A stretch of DNA of 24,968 nucleotides from a virus (Duplodnaviria; Caudoviricetes). The stretch covers positions 1-24,968 of the IMG/VR virus record IMGVR_UViG_3300020045_003178; one strand, given 5' to 3'. Of this stretch, positions 23,598-24,968 are shown in pieces. The number at the start of each line of letters is the position of its first letter. The stretch's first letter is position 1. A program made the translations under genes and the position numbers. Below the pieces are notes generated by a model. That model ran no database searches, was not told the origin of the DNA, and worked only from the letters and a program-made list of their open reading frames with translations.

Positions 23598-24751
23598 ACT
23601 TTTTCTTCTTCTGGAGTTGCTGGAATTTCTGTTGTTTTTCTAAACTCTTCAAAATCTACAAATTCTAATTTTACATTAACATCAATTAATTTAAATAATT
23701 TAGTCAATCCATCTAAAACTACTTTTCGCAAAGGATTTATATTCCTGCGATACATTTCTTTAGTCGCTACTAAAATTTCATCGGCATTAGAACTAAAACC
23801 AGAAGCGTTATTTGAACCGCTAAACAATATCTTTGGTGCTGAATGCGCTACTATTATTTTACGTTCGCATTCCTCAGCAAAAAATACATTTTGTTGGTTT
23901 ATATTTGGTGTTTCAACTTGATCAATTGTTGTAGCATCTAATCCGTCAGAATTATAAGAAACAACTACATGATGTTTTGGAGATCCACCTGTATAATCCT
24001 TTTTAATTGCTTCGGCTTTTTTCTTTTTAACTTCTTCACTTGCAGAAGATTGTTTTCCTCCATTGAAATTTATAACCGTTGTTATTTTGTTTTCAAATTG
24101 AAAATGTGTTTTAGTATTTTGCCCAAAAAAACCCTCTGCGATACAATAATTAATGCCACTAAAATAATCAGGCAAAGGGAAGAATTTATTTTTAGTTACT
24201 CTTTGTATAATTACTATTTCAACTCCACCTTGATAAGTACCATTAAACTTTTTGCATTGAACAGGAGTATTAAATCCAACTCTTGACCAATCAAAAGAAT
24301 ACCAATAACCAATAACCTTTGGATTAACAATTGAGTTGTCTAACTCTACTGCGAAATTTTCTATGGGCACGTACTCAAACTTTAATATTTGCCTGTCTGC
24401 CTCGCTATCGTTCCAAATCACTTGTAAAGCAAAACCGCCTAACATTTTTGCATCTAAACAAACAAGCTCAACTGTATCTTCATCTAAGTATTTAGAAATA
24501 TCTAAATCAGAACCTACATTTTTTAATCCATCCGCATACATAAAGTTAACGAATGAATTAATAATACTTTGATTAGTTGGACTGTCATCGTAAGCGTCAC
24601 GTAATGTTTTATAGTTTGAGTTTTTTTCTCCGTTAAGTATAGCATTGTATATATTCCTAGACTGCGGATCAATATCTATAGGTTGCCAAGCTGACATTTT
24701 TACGACATCATTAGACATCGAAAATACATTTTCTGATTCTTTTACTGCCAT
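23594..24751 (-). CDS. Portal protein
   Basis: 385 aa; SPTNQSII, GGFALQVIW, PLPDY, IIVAHSAP, INPLR motifs of Bacteroidota phage portals. Confidence 0.8.
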   Translation of the reverse strand: MAVKESENVFSMSNDVVKMSAWQPIDIDPQSRNIYNAILNGEKNSNYKTLRDAYDDSPTNQSIINSFVNFMYADGLKNVGSDLDISKYLDEDTVELVCLDAKMLGGFALQVIWNDSEADRQILKFEYVPIENFAVELDNSIVNPKVIGYWYSFDWSRVGFNTPVQCKKFNGTYQGGVEIVIIQRVTKNKFFPLPDYFSGINYCIAEGFFGQNTKTHFQFENKITTVINFNGGKQSSASEEVKKKKAEAIKKDYTGGSPKHHVVVSYNSDGLDATTIDQVETPNINQQNVFFAEECERKIIVAHSAPKILFSGSNNASGFSSNADEILVATKEMYRRNINPLRKVVLDGLTKLFKLIDVNVKLEFVDFEEFRKTTEIPATPEEEKV

Positions 24752-24968
24752 CTTTTGTTATCTTGTGAATTGTTAGTGTAATTTTGCACATCAGTACCAT
24801 TTTTTAGAAATATAATTTTCCCTTTATAAATTATATCTTCACCTTTGAAAATAGTAAATGGATAATTTTCTCTTTGTACAAATAATGATGTGTCTGAAAA
24901 AGTAATGATAAGTAAGTTTTTTGAAATAGTCCAAATAAAATCGTTAGTCATTCCATTTTCAAACTCAA
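24742..24968 (-). CDS. Hypothetical structural-region protein, 5' end probably outside the window
   Basis: Frame stays open from 24951 to the window edge. Confidence 0.55.
   Translation of the reverse strand, partial: EFENGMTNDFIWTISKNLLIITFSDTSLFVQRENYPFTIFKGEDIIYKGKIIFLKNGTDVQNYTNNSQDNKRWQ

Noticed and set aside
3139-24572. All plus-strand ORFs in the track, and 6767..6961 on the minus strand
   Set aside because: They are antisense or alternate-frame shadows of better-supported genes or sites, with no recognisable motifs.

Overview
This is an AT-rich tailed-phage segment with essentially every gene on the minus strand. TTG-N19-TAnnTTTG promoters and a DUF3127-type gene point to a Bacteroidota (probably Flavobacterium-like) host. 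In transcription order (right to left) it holds: portal, adaptor, tail-fibre genes, lysis genes, early/accessory genes, an exonuclease/SSB module, replication genes with a RusA-like resolvase, small accessory genes, TerS/TerL and neck/tail genes. The standout is 14273-17350, an integron-like gene-cassette array of seven 355-502 bp units separated by seven TAAC...GTTA palindromes. Six of the seven units are bracketed by their own unique 14-16 bp inverted repeat. Stem mismatches are mostly G·T on the minus strand, a half-site sits at the left end and a decayed site at the right end. No recombinase is visible in the window, and the site geometry differs from canonical attC. Also seen are a tRNA-like RNA lacking an anticodon arm (2355-2472), a probable deletion junction in the tail module (~1820), an attenuator-like leader upstream of the replication gene, and three paralogous GGxR microproteins. 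Family assignments come from motif recognition by eye, not database searches.
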